NCBI GenBank assembly: GCA_964403535.1
Contig: CAYOFN010000002.1
Span: forward strand, 1 to 53,549
Length of the DNA stretch: 53,549 nucleotides
Direction: 5' to 3'
DNA from: Candidatus Woesearchaeota archaeon
GTDB taxonomy: Archaea; Nanobdellota; Nanobdellia; Pacearchaeales; GW2011-AR1
Position 1 is the first letter of the stretch. Every line of letters starts with the position of its first letter. This document shows positions 16,221 to 24,782 of this stretch, piece by piece. The position numbers and the translations under genes were made by a program. The notes under the pieces are model-generated. The model was not told the origin of the DNA and made no database searches. It saw nothing but the letters and a program-made list of their open reading frames with translations.

Positions 16221-19019
16221 CTAAAGTTTTCTTAATGAGAGCCAGACTTTTTTCTCTTTAATTTTCTCTTCAGATTGAGTCTTAAACCCTTTAATCTTAT
16301 CTTTGCTTATGATTATCTTTTCTGCACCAGTCCTGTTTTTGATAAACTCTTCATGTTCAGAAAGATCTAAATCAGACTCAATAACCAAATCTATTCTGTC
16401 GCTTTTTACAAGTCCTGCTTTCTTTCTTAGAGCCTGAACTTTTCTTGCTATCTCCCTAGCATATCCTTCTTGCTCAAGTTCAGGAGTCATCTCTGTATCT
16501 AAATCAATAAATCTGTCATGTTCGAACTTATAAGCATCTTTCTTAAATTCAACTTTTTTAAGATTTAACTGGCTTTTTAAAATCTCCTCGAATTTATCTG
16601 AGTCTCTTATGCTTGGCAGATAAATTACTGCCTCTGCCAGAGGCCATTTTAATCCAACCCCTTTTTCATTTCTTACTGCTAATCCTGCTTCAATAATCTT
16701 TAAGAGTATAGAAAAATCATGCTCAAGCTTATTGTTTATTTTCCCAAGATTAAGAGTAGGAAATCCTGCTAAATGCACACTTTCCTCTTTCACAATCTTC
16801 TCTTTCCTTAATTCTTGCCAGATTTCTTCAGATACAAAAGGAGCAATTGGCGCAAGTAATTTTACAACTCCAATTCTTATCTGATTTAAAACTTCCTGAA
16901 CCTCTCCTCCTCTTTCTCTTATCATCTGAATATAAGTTCGTGAAACCTCAGAAACTAAAAAATCCTCTATTTCTTTAACAACATCTGGAAATCTGAACTC
17001 ATTATAATCTTTAACTACTCTCTCTATCATTGAATTAAACCTGCTTAAAATCCACTTATCCTCAATGCATTGCTTTTCCTCTCCCTTTTTGTCTATTTGA
17101 TTTATAAAACTATTCAGATTAACAAGAACTCTGAAAACTTTTTGAATTTCCTTAAACTCTCCTTCATCAAATGCAAAATCCTCTCCTTTAGACACTTTAG
17201 CAAAATAATACCTCATATAGTCCCTCCCATACTTTGCAATAATCTCATGAGGAGAAACAATATTCCCTAGAGATTTGGACATTTTCTTTTTCCCTAAATC
17301 CAAGACCATCCCATGAACAAGGATATTCTCAAAAGGCTTTTTATTAAACTTTATCTCAGAAAGTATTAATTGGGAGTTCCACCATCCTCTAACCTGGTCT
17401 TTTCCTTCAATATTTAAATCAGCAGGCCAGAATTTTTTGTTTGTACTATTAAGAGCTGCCCAGCTACTGACTCCAGAGTCAAACCATACATCAAGAACCT
17501 CTTCAACTCGTTTCATCTTTCCACCACACTTACACTTTAAGAATACTTCATCTATCTCAGGTTTATGAACCTCTTTAACTTTCTTTCCAGACAGCTTTTC
17601 AAGTTCACTAATGCTTCCAACTACTTTTTTTTCACTACATTTTTCACAAATCCAGATAGGTAAAGGAGTACCCCAGTATCTTTTTCTTGAAACAGGCCAG
17701 TCAGAGATTCCTTCAAGCCAGGCATTCATTCTTAGTTTCATCCATGGAGGAGCCCAGTTAGTTTTTTCATTTTCCTGCAGAATTTTTTTATGTATTTTTG
17801 ATATTCTCAAAAACCATTGTGGAAGAGAGACCATTAGCAAAGGAGATTTACATCTCCAGCATAAGGGGTAATCATGAGTATACCTCACCTGATGCACAAG
17901 AAATCCTTGTTTTTTTAAATCTTCAATAATCTCGCTATCAACCACTCTTGCTTTCTTTCCAGCATACTTTCCACTCTCTTTTGTAAGCAATCCATCAATT
18001 CCTACTGGACAGAGAATATCTATTCCTGCTTCTTTTCCAACTTCATAATCTTCTTTTCCATGTCCAGGAGCACAATGAACCAAACCTGTTCCCTCTTCAA
18101 GATTTACATATCTGCTTGAGAGCACAACTCTGTAAGCATCTTTTGTTTTTAAGTTTAAATTATTACTTAAAGGGTTCTCATACTTCCACCCCTCTAACTC
18201 TTTTCCAGAATACTCCTTCTCAACACTATAACCTAACTCTAATTCAGTCATTATTTTCTGAACAAGTTCTTTTGCTATAATCCATTTTTCTCCATTACTT
18301 AATTTAACTTCTTGATACTCAAATTTAGGGTTAACCATCACTCCAGTATTTCCAGGAAGAGTCCACGGAGTAGTAGTCCAGATAATCAAGTAAGTGTTTT
18401 CTTTTCCTTTTAATGGAAATTTAACATAGATTGAATTATCTTCTTGTTTAGAATACTCAATTTCATTATAAGCAACTGCTGTCTCGCATCTTGGGCATAC
18501 ATGGACTGGATACTGTCCAAGATAAAGAAGCTCCTTTTTATCTGCTATTTTAAAACAATCCCAAATACTTTCCACATACTCCTTATCAAGTGTAAGATAT
18601 GGATTTTGAAAATCCATCCACACTCCAAGATTCTCAAACTCAGAATTCATTACTCCAATGAACCTTGTAGCAAATTCCTTACATTTTCCTATAAACTTTT
18701 TTACTCCAAATTTTTCTATATCTTTTTTACTCTTGCTTTTTATCTCTTTTTCAATCTGAAACTCTATTGGAACCCCATGAGTATCATATCCTGCTCTATC
18801 AAATACATTTTTCCCCTGCATTCTCTGACTTCTCATTGCAATATCCTTCAGAATTTTATTCAGGGCAGTTCCCATATGAATATGTCCTGTTGCATAAGGT
18901 GGTCCATCCATCAAGTAGAACTTTTTTCCTTTTGCATTCTTCTCCTTAGACTTTTCATAAATCTTCTTCTCTTTCCAAAACTTCAAAATCTCTTCTTCTG
19001 TTTTTTTTGTTTCAGGCAT
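16221..19019 (-). CDS. ileS: Isoleucyl-tRNA synthetase
   Basis: 932 aa. HIGH-type motif (PPYATGHIHMGTA), KMSKS, editing-domain region and several CxxC zinc motifs. Confidence 0.95.
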   Translation of the reverse strand: MPETKKTEEEILKFWKEKKIYEKSKEKNAKGKKFYLMDGPPYATGHIHMGTALNKILKDIAMRSQRMQGKNVFDRAGYDTHGVPIEFQIEKEIKSKSKKDIEKFGVKKFIGKCKEFATRFIGVMNSEFENLGVWMDFQNPYLTLDKEYVESIWDCFKIADKKELLYLGQYPVHVCPRCETAVAYNEIEYSKQEDNSIYVKFPLKGKENTYLIIWTTTPWTLPGNTGVMVNPKFEYQEVKLSNGEKWIIAKELVQKIMTELELGYSVEKEYSGKELEGWKYENPLSNNLNLKTKDAYRVVLSSRYVNLEEGTGLVHCAPGHGKEDYEVGKEAGIDILCPVGIDGLLTKESGKYAGKKARVVDSEIIEDLKKQGFLVHQVRYTHDYPLCWRCKSPLLMVSLPQWFLRISKIHKKILQENEKTNWAPPWMKLRMNAWLEGISDWPVSRKRYWGTPLPIWICEKCSEKKVVGSISELEKLSGKKVKEVHKPEIDEVFLKCKCGGKMKRVEEVLDVWFDSGVSSWAALNSTNKKFWPADLNIEGKDQVRGWWNSQLILSEIKFNKKPFENILVHGMVLDLGKKKMSKSLGNIVSPHEIIAKYGRDYMRYYFAKVSKGEDFAFDEGEFKEIQKVFRVLVNLNSFINQIDKKGEEKQCIEDKWILSRFNSMIERVVKDYNEFRFPDVVKEIEDFLVSEVSRTYIQMIRERGGEVQEVLNQIRIGVVKLLAPIAPFVSEEIWQELRKEKIVKEESVHLAGFPTLNLGKINNKLEHDFSILLKIIEAGLAVRNEKGVGLKWPLAEAVIYLPSIRDSDKFEEILKSQLNLKKVEFKKDAYKFEHDRFIDLDTEMTPELEQEGYAREIARKVQALRKKAGLVKSDRIDLVIESDLDLSEHEEFIKNRTGAEKIIISKDKIKGFKTQSEEKIKEKKVWLSLRKL

Positions 19020-19106
19020 TTTTCTTTCTCCTTTCTATTATACTGCATTCAGTATTTTTAAATCTTTCAAACTTGTTCCCAATAGAGTCTAGACTCATTT
19101 TATCCT

Positions 19107-19135
19107 CTGCAAGCCAGAAAAAAGATGGCTTGCAG
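19107..19135. other. Perfect 10-bp-stem hairpin / inverted repeat in the ileS upstream intergenic region
   Basis: CTGCAAGCCA-gaaaaaaga-TGGCTTGCAG. The 12-bp palindrome GAGTCTAGACTC lies at ~19085-19096. Confidence 0.6.
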
Positions 19136-19243
19136 TTCTATACAACAATTATAGACAAAATACTTCTGGCTATGATTAAACTTTCAAAATTTGATTTAGA
19201 ACTCATAACCATACTCTACTAAAGAAAACAATACTTTTAAACT

Positions 19244-19483
19244 TTACTTATGATTTTTCCACTTTCCGTGTCTTCCTGAATGTCCTGGTCTTTTCTTTTT
19301 CTCTTTTTTCTCATCTCCCCCTTGCTTTCTACATAAGACCTCTGAAAGTACTGAGGCATGGATTTCTAAGCCACTTGTTGTAACTAGTGCAACTTCCCTG
19401 CCTGCACCTAAAACTCCATTAAATGCATACTCTGTTGCTTGTACTAAAGGGTAAATTGTTCTCTCTAAATACTCTCTTATCAT
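19244..19483 (-). CDS. Hypothetical small protein with a basic C-terminal tail
   Basis: 79-aa ORF with a TATA-like element upstream. No motif recognised. Confidence 0.4.
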   Translation of the reverse strand: MIREYLERTIYPLVQATEYAFNGVLGAGREVALVTTSGLEIHASVLSEVLCRKQGGDEKKEKKKRPGHSGRHGKWKNHK

Positions 19484-19566
19484 CCTTTTTCCTAATTTTA
19501 TTGATTTATAAAAATTACTATGCTAAAAAATATGCTTTTAACTATACTTCTTCTCCCACTCTACAA

Positions 19567-19815
19567 TCAATTATAAATATTTTTTCTATGCCCAATTCTT
19601 ACAATAATTAATTTATTCATAGAAATGAAAACATCAACAATTGCCCGGTACTCACCAATTCTTAATCTCCATAGTTTCTCTCCTTGCAGTCTTTTAAGAA
19701 ATCTATAAGGATTCTCTCTTATTGAGTAAATTTTATTTAAGATTATTTCAGCATCCTTCTTTTCCAGATTTTTAAGAAATTTTTTTGCTGTTTCAGTAAT
19801 TTCTATCTGAAACAT
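19567..19815 (-). CDS. relE: RelE/ParE-family toxin
   Basis: MFQIEITETAKKFLKNL...LWRLRIGEYRAIVDV...IIVRIGHRKNIY is a typical RelE/ParE fold pattern. I chose ATG 19815, 1 nt after the upstream antitoxin stop. The track ORF starts earlier, at 19830. Confidence 0.8.
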   Translation of the reverse strand: MFQIEITETAKKFLKNLEKKDAEIILNKIYSIRENPYRFLKRLQGEKLWRLRIGEYRAIVDVFISMNKLIIVRIGHRKNIYN

Positions 19816-19816
19816 T

Positions 19817-20053
19817 TTATCTAAGAGCAATTCCTAATTCTTTTGCAACTTGTTCAATAGGTTTTACTCTGCCTCTTTTAATATCTTCAAGTCCTTTTTG
19901 TATCTCTGCTATCTCCTCTTCACTTAGGCTTTCTTCTTCACAATTGTTTATTAGTCTGTTTAATACTTCATCATAAGACTGTCTCTCAAAATTTTTCAAA
20001 GCCTTAAGTCTTCCAAGAGTTTCAACATTTATTTGTATTGTTGTTTTTCCCAT
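19817..20053 (-). CDS. Ribbon-helix-helix type antitoxin (RelE partner)
   Basis: MGKTTIQINVETLGRLKALKNFERQSYDEVLNRLI. The track start at 20065 is TTG; ATG at 20053 is preferred. It lies immediately upstream of the RelE gene. Confidence 0.7.
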   Translation of the reverse strand: MGKTTIQINVETLGRLKALKNFERQSYDEVLNRLINNCEEESLSEEEIAEIQKGLEDIKRGRVKPIEQVAKELGIALR

Positions 20054-20103
20054 GTTATATAGCAACTATAAGAGGTATATAAACCTTTCTGCACTATGTT
20101 TCT

Positions 20104-20727
20104 CTATTCCTTCCACTCTACAATCTTCCCAACATTAATCTCAATTTTGTCAGCTCTTCTTAAACCTCTGGCTTGTTCTTTTGTCAAAATATTAAAATGC
20201 TTTAATTTATCAAGATAATCATGAATTTCCCATAAGTTGTCCTCACTTGTTATCCAACCTGTCCCAAATTTCTTAAAAATATCAATAGGAACTGAATAAC
20301 TTCTTAGATTCTTTCTTCCTTTATTGTCAAAGTACTCATGGAACATTGACATTACTAACTCACGAATCGAGTTATATATTGGTTCTCTGTACCTAAGAAC
20401 AACATGATTTGTTTTTGAAATTGCCCCATATTTTCCATTTTTCTTGAAAACACATAAAACATGTTCAAGATCATCGTGCGTTGCCTTTAAATCAACTAAC
20501 CATGCTTTTTTCCCTGCTAATTTAAAACATAAAACAGCAAGCAAAGCTCCTTCAATACAGTGCGCCCTTTTCTCGCGAAGCACTCTACGAGGAGATATGC
20601 AAGTATCTCCTTCAGGTTCAAAATTTATTTTAATCTTATTTAAAAAATCCTGAATTTTTCCCTCTGTACTAAGTTTCCTCAGGATTTTTAGTTCTTGTTT
20701 TGTTAATTCAAATTCCTCTTTTTTCAT
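20104..20727 (-). CDS. Transglutaminase-like / papain-fold superfamily protein (putative)
   Basis: 207 aa. Candidate Cys (RAHCIEGALLA) and His (DLEHVLCVF) in a transglutaminase-core-like arrangement. Confidence 0.45.
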   Translation of the reverse strand: MKKEEFELTKQELKILRKLSTEGKIQDFLNKIKINFEPEGDTCISPRRVLREKRAHCIEGALLAVLCFKLAGKKAWLVDLKATHDDLEHVLCVFKKNGKYGAISKTNHVVLRYREPIYNSIRELVMSMFHEYFDNKGRKNLRSYSVPIDIFKKFGTGWITSEDNLWEIHDYLDKLKHFNILTKEQARGLRRADKIEINVGKIVEWKE

Positions 20728-20745
20728 TTTTTATCTTTTTTTCAC

Positions 20746-21465
20746 TTACTTTTCTTTTAAAGCTTCTAGTGCTTCTTTCTCAAGAAAATGCATTTCACTA
20801 GGGATAATCATGCAAAAAGGCATTTTTATCTTCTTTTTCTTTAGTTTTTCAAGAGTATCATAATAAATCTTGCTGTCTACTCCAATTTGCGAACAAATTA
20901 TTATCTTTCCAAGGTTCATATCTCTCTTTTTACAAACCTGTTCAAATTGTTCAAGAGCATTTTCACTTGATAACCCAATATCCACAAGCAAAAGAGTATG
21001 TGCCTTAATCTTAAGATTCTCTTTAATTATCTCACAAAAACTATCAGGAGCATACTTTTCTTTCCATGCAGGCATGCTTGCTGTTTTTCCAAATTTATAA
21101 AGTTGCAATCCAGTTTCAGCAATTGCAGTTAAAATACTTTCTGAATGGATAATCTTATATGGAATATTTTTTTTCTTTGCTCTAAGAACAAGAGAAATAT
21201 GGGTAGTTGCACTAAGAGGGTTACCATAAACTAACAAAGCAATATCCTGCTTTTTTGCAGAATCAATAAACTCTTCATTTTCTACTTTTTCTCTTCCAAG
21301 TTCTTTAATTTTCTTTTCAATCACTTTTTCAATTTCCCCCATAGAATATGGAAAATCAACAGTATAATTTTCAAGATAAACGAGGTTGCATTTTTTAACT
21401 GCTTCCAGAGCTTTGACTGAAATTGATTTCAAGTTCAATCCCAAGCCGATTAAGTAAAATACCAT
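20746..21465 (-). CDS. dph5: Diphthine synthase (Dph5, tetrapyrrole-methylase fold)
   Basis: MVFYLIGLGLNLKSISVKALEAVKKCNLVYLENYT... is the typical Dph5 N-terminus. Internal ATG 21465 was chosen because the longer track ORF overlaps the upstream gene. Confidence 0.85.
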   Translation of the reverse strand: MVFYLIGLGLNLKSISVKALEAVKKCNLVYLENYTVDFPYSMGEIEKVIEKKIKELGREKVENEEFIDSAKKQDIALLVYGNPLSATTHISLVLRAKKKNIPYKIIHSESILTAIAETGLQLYKFGKTASMPAWKEKYAPDSFCEIIKENLKIKAHTLLLVDIGLSSENALEQFEQVCKKRDMNLGKIIICSQIGVDSKIYYDTLEKLKKKKIKMPFCMIIPSEMHFLEKEALEALKEK

Positions 21466-21466
21466 G

Positions 21467-21733
21467 TTATTTTTTCTTCCCAACCCATTTCTTATCATAA
21501 CTCTTCCATAAAGCCATAAGGCAGAGAATATCAATAAAGAAAAGAGTAAGAGTTATAGGAAGACTGACAAATAAGAAACAAACTAACAAGATGTTTACAA
21601 CTAAACTAACAATCACTAAGATAATAAACCACTTTCTTCCTGCAACAAGCTCATCTTTTGCAAGCCAAGCCAGGAGATAACCGACTGGAAAAGCAAGTAC
21701 AAGTATGAACACATAAAGCAAGTTTAATATCAT
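21467..21733 (-). CDS. Small integral membrane protein
   Basis: 88 aa with about three hydrophobic helices. Its stop abuts the dph5 start. Confidence 0.5.
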   Translation of the reverse strand: MILNLLYVFILVLAFPVGYLLAWLAKDELVAGRKWFIILVIVSLVVNILLVCFLFVSLPITLTLFFIDILCLMALWKSYDKKWVGKKK

Positions 21734-21766
21734 AACTTATATAAGGATAATTGGTTTTTAAGTATT

Positions 21767-22291
21767 ATGAATCAGCAAGAACTAACAAAAGCAATCAAAC
21801 AAGGAAAAATATTTATTTATCCAACAGACACGATTTATGGATTAGGATGTGATGCAACAAATAAAGAAGCAGTTGAAAAAATAAAGAAAATCAAAGCAAG
21901 AGACAGAGACAAGCCTCTGAGTGTAATTTCTCCAAGCATTAAATGGATAAAAGAACATTTAATTGTTGATGTAGAACTTGAAAAATATTTGCCAGGAGCA
22001 TATACTCTTGTCTTAAAAAAGAAAAACCCAGAATTCTTGTCTTGGGTTTCTTCAGGAGATAGTTTAGGAATAAGGATTCCAAGGCACGAGTTTATAAAAA
22101 CAATTCAAAAAGCAGGAATCCCTTTTATCACAACTTCTGTAAATTTATCAGGAGAAAAACCAGCAATAAACTTAAGTGAGATTTCAGAAAATATTAAAAA
22201 TCAGGCTGATTTTATTATTAAATCACAAACAAAATTCTCAGGAAAACCTTCCAAATTAGTAATCAATAATAAAGAAGTAAAAAGAAAATGA
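21767..22291 (+). CDS. tsaC: L-threonylcarbamoyladenylate synthase, YrdC-domain only (Sua5/TsaC family)
   Basis: IFIYPTDTIYGLGCDATNKEAVEKIKKIKARDRDKPLSV. TATA-like CTTATATAAGG about 26 nt upstream of the ATG. Confidence 0.85.
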   Translation: MNQQELTKAIKQGKIFIYPTDTIYGLGCDATNKEAVEKIKKIKARDRDKPLSVISPSIKWIKEHLIVDVELEKYLPGAYTLVLKKKNPEFLSWVSSGDSLGIRIPRHEFIKTIQKAGIPFITTSVNLSGEKPAINLSEISENIKNQADFIIKSQTKFSGKPSKLVINNKEVKRK

Positions 22292-23088
22292 GATTTGCAG
22301 TTTTATATTCAAAAAAAGATACAGCAGGAATAAACATAGCTAAGCAATTGAAAAAACTATTCCTGCCAGATATTCTGGTAATTGAATTAAAAAAAGATTC
22401 AATTTATTCAGAGAACATAGATAAAGATTCAAGATTAAGAAATTTTGATTTTTTAGTTTTTGCAACAAAACATCAATCAAAAGAGCAAAGAAAAACACTT
22501 TCTCTTCATGCTCCTGGAAACTGGAGAAATGCTGAATTTGGAGGAAAAGAATCTAAGGCTTGCCCAACTTCTGCATTAGTTCTAAAATATCTTTTTCAGC
22601 AATTAAATAAAAATGCAGAACAATCAGGCCCTGATTATCAGGTAACTCTAGAATGCACTCATCATGGCCCTTATATCGAAAAACCATGCTGTTTTATTGA
22701 AATTGGTTCAGGTGAAGAACAATGGCAAGATGAACAAGCAGGAAAAATAATTGCAAAAACAATATCCTCTCTTCAGCAGTATAAGAAACTCAAAAACAAA
22801 AGTGCAATTGGGCTTGGAGGTTCGCACTACTGCCCAAATTTTAACAAAATTCAATTAAGTTCAGAATATGCAATCGGGCATATAATCCCAGAATATGCTT
22901 TGCCTTTAACAGAATCAATAATAAAACAAGCAATTGAAAAAACAACAGAACATCTGGATTGTGTTTTGATTGACTGGAAAGGTTTAGGAAAGAGCGAAGA
23001 ACGCCAAAAAACACTAGAGTTATTAAAACATCTTGACTTGGAATTTAAAAGGACAAGTGAAATTTCTCGCGAAACAAATCAGGAATAA
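22288..23088 (+). CDS. dtdA: Archaeal-type D-aminoacyl-tRNA deacylase (DtdA)
   Basis: 266 aa with LHAPGNW, ECTHHGP and CFIEIGS motifs. 4-nt overlap with the tsaC stop. Confidence 0.8.
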   Translation: MRFAVLYSKKDTAGINIAKQLKKLFLPDILVIELKKDSIYSENIDKDSRLRNFDFLVFATKHQSKEQRKTLSLHAPGNWRNAEFGGKESKACPTSALVLKYLFQQLNKNAEQSGPDYQVTLECTHHGPYIEKPCCFIEIGSGEEQWQDEQAGKIIAKTISSLQQYKKLKNKSAIGLGGSHYCPNFNKIQLSSEYAIGHIIPEYALPLTESIIKQAIEKTTEHLDCVLIDWKGLGKSEERQKTLELLKHLDLEFKRTSEISRETNQE

Positions 23089-23153
23089 TTAATGAGCGAG
23101 AGATTGAATAGAGATTGAGAAGTAAAAGAGGCTAAAATGAAAAACCTTTAACC

Positions 23154-23214
23154 AAAAGCTTTATAAGGTGATGTTATTATATTATAACAGATGTAATATG
23201 TTTATAACAAATGT
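23154..23214 (+). promoter_or_regulatory. Promoter plus operator-like repeats of the nucleotidyltransferase gene
   Basis: AAAAGCTTTATAAGG (BRE/TATA-like, ~23154-23168). Two units follow 20 bp apart: TTATAACAGATGT (~23182-23194) and TTATAACAAATGT (~23202-23214). The second overlaps the ATG. Several TGTT/AACA inverted half-sites are present. Confidence 0.5.
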
Positions 23215-23735
23215 TAGCAAAAAATAACAAATATAAGGTAATGAAAGTTTTTTTATTTAATCCTACTGAAAGTTTTAGGTTAAGAGAGTTAAGCAGATTA
23301 GCTAAAATATCACCCCCTTCTGTCATTAATTATTTAAAAGAGCTTGAAGGAGAGAAATTAATAAGAAAATATGAAAAAAGAGGAATTCCTTTTTACAAGG
23401 CTGAAAGAGATAATGAAAATTTTAAACATTATAAAAAACTGAGTATTTTATTTGAATTGCGGCATAACGGGCTGATTGATTATTTATGGGATAAATTAAC
23501 CCCTAATGTTATTATTTTGTTTGGTTCTTTTTCTTTAGGTGAAGATATAGAGAGCAGTGATGTTGACTTATTTATCCAGTGCCCTGAAAAAAAACTGGAT
23601 TTAGAAAAATATGAAAAACTCTTGGGCAGAGAAATAAATATTTTTTATGAATCTAATTTTTCCAGATTAAGCAAAGAACTCAGGAATAATATTATAAATG
23701 GAATTATTTTAAAAGGATATCTCAAGGCATTTTAA
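23211..23735 (+). CDS. wHTH-fused minimal nucleotidyltransferase (MNT-type, putative antitoxin)
   Basis: N-terminal wHTH (FRLRELSRLAKISPPSVINYLKELEGEKLI). NTase motif LFGSFSLGEDIESSDVDLFI. Confidence 0.8.
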   Translation: MLAKNNKYKVMKVFLFNPTESFRLRELSRLAKISPPSVINYLKELEGEKLIRKYEKRGIPFYKAERDNENFKHYKKLSILFELRHNGLIDYLWDKLTPNVIILFGSFSLGEDIESSDVDLFIQCPEKKLDLEKYEKLLGREINIFYESNFSRLSKELRNNIINGIILKGYLKAF

Positions 23736-23898
23736 AATGGATCACCCCACTTTAAAAAGAGCAACTCGCAAATAAAAATGGAAAAACACAATCAATTTAA
23801 ACAACTAATCCGAATAACAACAAAGAGAAATTTGCTAAATAGAAATTCAAAATATTATAGCTATGATATTGGTAATTCCAAAAGGTTATGTAAATTAA

Positions 23899-24336
23899 AT
23901 GCTGGGGGCGGAAAAATACTCGGTTGCCGTTGATAAAATGGATTTAATTAAAATCACGCCTAACAAAGAAAGAGCAAAGAGTATTTTAGAAATGGTTTCT
24001 TTAATAGAAGAAAGAATAAAAATTCAGGATAAAGTAAAAATGGCTTCTCTTGTGATTTCTGATTATTATGAGATAATTAAGGAATTAATTACAGCTGTGC
24101 TTTTAATAGATGGCTATAAAACTTTAAGCCATAAAGATTTGTTAGACTATCTTAAAGAAAAATACAAAAATTTCTCTCAAAATGAAATTTCTCTCTTAGA
24201 TAATTTAAGAGTTTTAAGAAATAGGGTTGCTTATGAAGGACATAAGATTGAGAGTTCTTATTTAAGCAGGAATGAAAGTTTGTTTAAACAGATTATTGAA
24301 AAAATTAAAAGAATTTTGGAGAAGAGGTTGAGATGA
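23899..24336 (+). CDS. HEPN-domain protein (putative toxin partner of the MNT)
   Basis: All-helical. Rx4-6H-type motif LRVLRNRVAYEGH. The true start may be ATG ~23938 (MDLIKITPNKERAKSIL). Confidence 0.75.
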   Translation: MLGAEKYSVAVDKMDLIKITPNKERAKSILEMVSLIEERIKIQDKVKMASLVISDYYEIIKELITAVLLIDGYKTLSHKDLLDYLKEKYKNFSQNEISLLDNLRVLRNRVAYEGHKIESSYLSRNESLFKQIIEKIKRILEKRLR

Positions 24337-24337
24337 A
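24321..24337. repeat. Left copy of a perfect 17-bp direct repeat, GAAGAGGTTGAGATGAA
   Basis: Covers the HEPN stop / GNAT start overlap (ATGA). An identical copy lies at 24749-24765. Confidence 0.8.
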
Positions 24338-24764
24338 AATAAGAAAAGCAACTAAAGAAGATTTCAGTAGAATTGCTGAATTAATAAATGAGGAGTATTC
24401 TAAGCCACCTTATCATGAACCTTGGAAAAAGAAAAATGCAATTAAGACATTGAACTATTTTGCAAAAGTTGGGAAAATACTTGTTCTTATTGAAGAAAGG
24501 ATTATTGGTTTTATAATCTCAAGAGATGAGTATTATAATGAAGGCAGCGCAACAATGATTGAAGAGCTAATTGTTGATAATGAATTTAAAGGAAGAGGAT
24601 TTGGAAGAAAATTAGTGGAATATGTGGAAAAACAGGGTAAAAAGAAGAAAATCAAGAGAGTTTTGTTAATGGCTTCAAAAGATGCTCCTGCTTTTAAGTT
24701 TTATAAGAAAATGGGTTATATTCCTAGCAAGAAAACTGTTCTATTTAGGAAGAGGTTGAGATGA
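24333..24764 (+). CDS. GNAT-family N-acetyltransferase
   Basis: 143 aa. Acetyl-CoA binding motif FKGRGFGRKLV. Its start overlaps the HEPN stop by 4 nt. Confidence 0.85.
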   Translation: MKIRKATKEDFSRIAELINEEYSKPPYHEPWKKKNAIKTLNYFAKVGKILVLIEERIIGFIISRDEYYNEGSATMIEELIVDNEFKGRGFGRKLVEYVEKQGKKKKIKRVLLMASKDAPAFKFYKKMGYIPSKKTVLFRKRLR

Positions 24765-24765
24765 A
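24749..24765. repeat. Right copy of the perfect 17-bp direct repeat, GAAGAGGTTGAGATGAA
   Basis: Covers the GNAT stop. Because of this repeat, the HEPN and GNAT proteins both end in KRLR. Confidence 0.8.
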
Positions 24766-24782
24766 TTATTCTGAATAATAAT

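Noticed and set aside
18444-19061. 205-aa + strand ORF, plus other + strand ORFs at 17070-18949
   Set aside because: They lie entirely antisense to ileS, whose motifs are unambiguous. Their sequences are low-complexity and Phe/Ile/Leu-rich.
23778-23936. 52-codon basic ORF (MEKHNQFKQLIRITTKRN...) in the spacer between the MNT and HEPN genes
   Set aside because: It has low-complexity AT-driven composition, overlaps the HEPN start, and has no promoter or motif support. The spacer itself remains unexplained and is noted under the MNT/HEPN/GNAT finding.
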